NCBI GenBank assembly: GCA_036172245.1
Contig: JAYWIR010000026.1
Span: 2,542,001-2,606,000 of the forward strand
DNA: 64,000 nt
Direction: 5' to 3'
Source: Raillietiella orientalis
Lineage: Eukaryota
The notes under the pieces are model-generated. The model searched no databases and was not told the origin of the DNA. It worked only from the letters and a program-made list of their open reading frames with translations. The translations under genes and the position numbers were made by a program. Positions 61,401-64,000 of the stretch are shown in pieces (positions within the stretch are counted from its first letter, which is position 1; each line of letters opens with the position of its first letter).

Positions 61401-62730
61401 TCATCGAGGAAGATGTGATCCGGTGACCTTTCCATTTCAGGTACGCCGACCATCAAATTGAGAGCGCGTACTGACGCGCACATCTCGATGGCCGACGTTC
61501 GCTCCCTCGGCAGCTCCATTCGTCGGAGAGAAGGTGGACGTTGAAGTCCCCTGCGACGAGGTGCGCCACTTGGGGGCTGGAGTTGTTGAGCCAGTGGCAT
61601 TTCACTTCCTCGAATAGCGCAATTCTATCTTCGAGATAGCGCGAGCCACTAGGTGCATAGATGTTCGTCATGACGAGATCGATGGACTCGGACCACTTGA
61701 TAACAAGCTGTCCCACCCGTCCGTCGTCATCGAAGCGAACACCACGCACCTCTTCCGCCATTTTTCCTCTTACGAGGAACGCGACGCCGCACGTTCGCGC
61801 GTCGCCGCACCGCCAAAGTAGCTTTCCGCCTGCGCGATCCTCGACTTCCGCAGCCTGCTCGTCGGAGGTAACATGTATCTCCTGCAGGAGCGCGAGGTCA
61901 AAGGAGCGCAGCGCGTTGGCTACCAATCGCCTCTTCTCGTCGTTCTGCAGTCCGTTCACGTTGCAACACGCGACGGACAGGCGACGAGAAGAAGCGATTC
62001 CCCGCATTAATGCTGGGAAGTTGGCGGCTTTTTGTCCGCTTTTACCGGCGAGCGGACGGTAAGCAGCACTGCTGGCTGGAGATCACGGTCGCCACCGTCC
62101 TCCATAGTGCTGCACGAAATCGAGTGCTCATCTCCGGTCGCTTGACGCTCCGGGGTGAGCTCTCGCTCCTTCGCGGCCTGCGCTGCGCGCCTCAGGGCCT
62201 TAGCCCGGCGCGCTACGGCTTCCGCGCTGGTGATCCGACGTGCGGCGGTGATCTCAGACTCCGTTTCTGAGTCGGACTGAAGCGCGGGCACTTCGCCACT
62301 CGCCTGCCGTGTCGATTCGGAAATCCTCACAGATGGGACAGCGGACACTTCCTTTTTCGCGGTCACCGGGGCATCGCTCCCGGCGATCGCAGCTTTCGCT
62401 CCATTAGCTGTCGCGGCGGTATCTTTTGCAATGGCAGAGGGAACCTTCGCGCGAGTTTTGTTCAACGCGCTGCTGTTCCGTGCCTTGCAAAGGCTCTTGG
62501 ATGGAGGTTGCGGAGAATTTTTGGGAGACTTTACCTTCCTCCCTTTTTCCACAACCGTCCACACTCTGTCCGTTTCCTCGGAGCGTTCCGTGATGTTCGT
62601 CAAGAACGCCTCCGGGTTTTCCTCCCCAACCGCCTCGGGCGCAGCTTTCGCTGCACCCTTAAAAAGCGAGAATGGCGCAGCCTCCTCGGCAGTCGGGAGA
62701 TTGCTCCGCGACTGCCTCGTTGGGGACTTC
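58450..62730 (-). mobile_element. Near full-length L1/Tx1-like element: ORF1 tail, APE endonuclease, RT, zf-RVT; inactivated
   Basis: EN motifs CNVNGL, LQEIH, NIYAP, AGDFN, DHIF, SDH. RT motifs KAPGEDG, DLHKAFD, GIRQGDSLSPLLF, YADD, YLG. C-terminal CAQC...ESFPHLVLDC. Several stops and frameshifts. Confidence 0.95.
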
Positions 62731-63420
62731 GCGTGGTCCAGGGTATTCAAAACAAACCTCCGAAGATTAATTCGGGAAGAAGACCGTGACATCAGTGCCC
62801 TCCAGGAAGCCGCCGATCGCTACGGAAGTGACCGGATCAACCTGCTAGCGATCGGCACGATGCTCTGGAGGAGTGACCTTCCGCCGGGCACCCAGGATGA
62901 CCTCCTGATGTTTTATCATGGAGGAATCCAGAGTGGGTCCCGATTGCAGTACTATACCGGAAGACGGGAAGATCGAGACTGCACGGCATGTGGAGACAAC
63001 GACACGAGACTTCACGTCTTGACGTGTCCCACATTGCTGCATGACTGGCTGATCCTGAAAAGGATCATCGGACTTACGAACAGATCCGTAATGGAGATCC
63101 TCGCCGGGATGTTTCAGGGGGATGGTAATGTTCCCTGTTACAATCCCATGGTGAGGACGACCATCGCCCTTTTCATCACCGCCATACTTGTGCGGTGGTG
63201 GAAAATGAGGAAAGCCAGAAGAGCCGCACCACCGATGGAGATCCTACAAGGGCTCCTGAAGAGGGAAATCGGCATTAGAAACTGTGGGAAAATCCAAGCC
63301 TGGACGTACCGATTCATCCTGAAGAGGATAGAAGACGACGCCCGGGACCAAACATCTGGAAACCCACCATTAGTGCAGAACTTGTGAGAACCCAAGGACT
63401 TCATAGTGGTAAAAAAAAAA
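62730..63420 (+). mobile_element. 3' end of a second L1-like family (zf-RVT) with A-rich tail
   Basis: CTACGDNDTRLHVLTCP motif, stop at 63387, A-runs at 63411-63420 and ~63473-63483. Confidence 0.75.
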
Positions 63421-63499
63421 GTGCTAATGGTATGGATGAGATTGTAGTGTGAATGTTTTTATAGAAAAATTTAAAAAAAAAAATAAATTTACCCCACCC

Positions 63500-64000
63500 C
63501 TCGTGGGACTTGGGGAAAACTGCCTCGTTGGGGACACCCGACATTCAGGATGAGCTCCTGATGTTTTATCACAGCGGCATTCTGAGCGGCACTAGGATAA
63601 AACACTACACCGGAAATCTGCAGGAGGAGAAGTGCAATGCCTCTGGAACCAGAGAAACCCAACTTCACGTACTCACCTGCCCGTCTGTGCGCCAAGACTG
63701 GACCAGTCTCAAGAAGGTGATAGACTAGCAGCCGTTGCGGAAGATGGAGATTCTCGTTGGCATGTTCGAAGGGGACAGCAACGTTCCACGATACAACCCG
63801 ATGGTCCGCACTACCATAGCCCTCTTTATCAAAAGCATCGTGAAAAGGAGGGCCAAAATGCGAACAGGAATAAGCCAGGTGCCAGCTATGGAAATATTGA
63901 AAGGACTCCTAAAAAGAGGAATTGGAATCAGAAGCAGTGGAGAGATTCCAGCTTAAATGTACTGTCATATCTTGCAAAGGATTCCAGAACATTGAGAAAA
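63500..64000 (+). mobile_element. Tandem diverged copy of the same L1-like 3' fragment
   Basis: IQDELLMFYHSGI...CNASGTRETQLHVLTCP...YNPMVRTTIALFI matches 62880-63330. Runs off the window. Confidence 0.8.

Noticed and set aside
62431..63387. 318-aa plus-strand ORF, the longest in the window, as a novel gene
   Set aside because: It is a chance fusion: the first ~100 codons are antisense to ORF1 of the minus-strand L1 and the rest is the zf-RVT tail of another L1-like fragment.
1..64000. CRISPR arrays, rRNA, tRNA, SL RNA or telomeric arrays
   Set aside because: None recognised by eye. A covariance-model scan would be needed to exclude divergent ncRNAs.

Overview
Eukaryotic, probably metazoan, genomic DNA. 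Introns of 40-60 nt and TTTCAG-type acceptors are nematode-like, but the taxon cannot be fixed from sequence alone. Bases 1-~7.3k are AT-rich and compact: the 3' end of an unknown spliced gene, an intact 6-exon U1 snRNP C gene (SNRPC, 4044-5023) and a decayed gene cut by a hAT-like end. The sequence then turns GC-rich. It carries a 6-exon mitochondrial thiamine-pyrophosphate carrier (SLC25A19, minus strand, 11265-16764) with one non-canonical acceptor, a pogo-like MITE and two perfect 16-bp palindromes in its introns. From ~18 kb on it is a repeat-rich region with two parts. The first is a three-unit tandem segmental duplication (~25.3-55.0 kb; offsets 7585 and ~12762 bp). Each unit pairs an apparently intact CUB-like gene (+) with broken F-box/LRR-like genes (-), and the copies are patchworks of each other. 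The second is a set of L1/Tx1-like retrotransposon remnants, one nearly full length with a TAATG ORF1/ORF2 overlap. The most unusual signals are (i) a covarying structured 3' end shared by diverged L1-like copies that lack a poly(A) tail and (ii) the CUB-like gene's half-domain exon layout with a cryptic coding exon in its last intron. All alignments and translations were done by eye; no database search was run.
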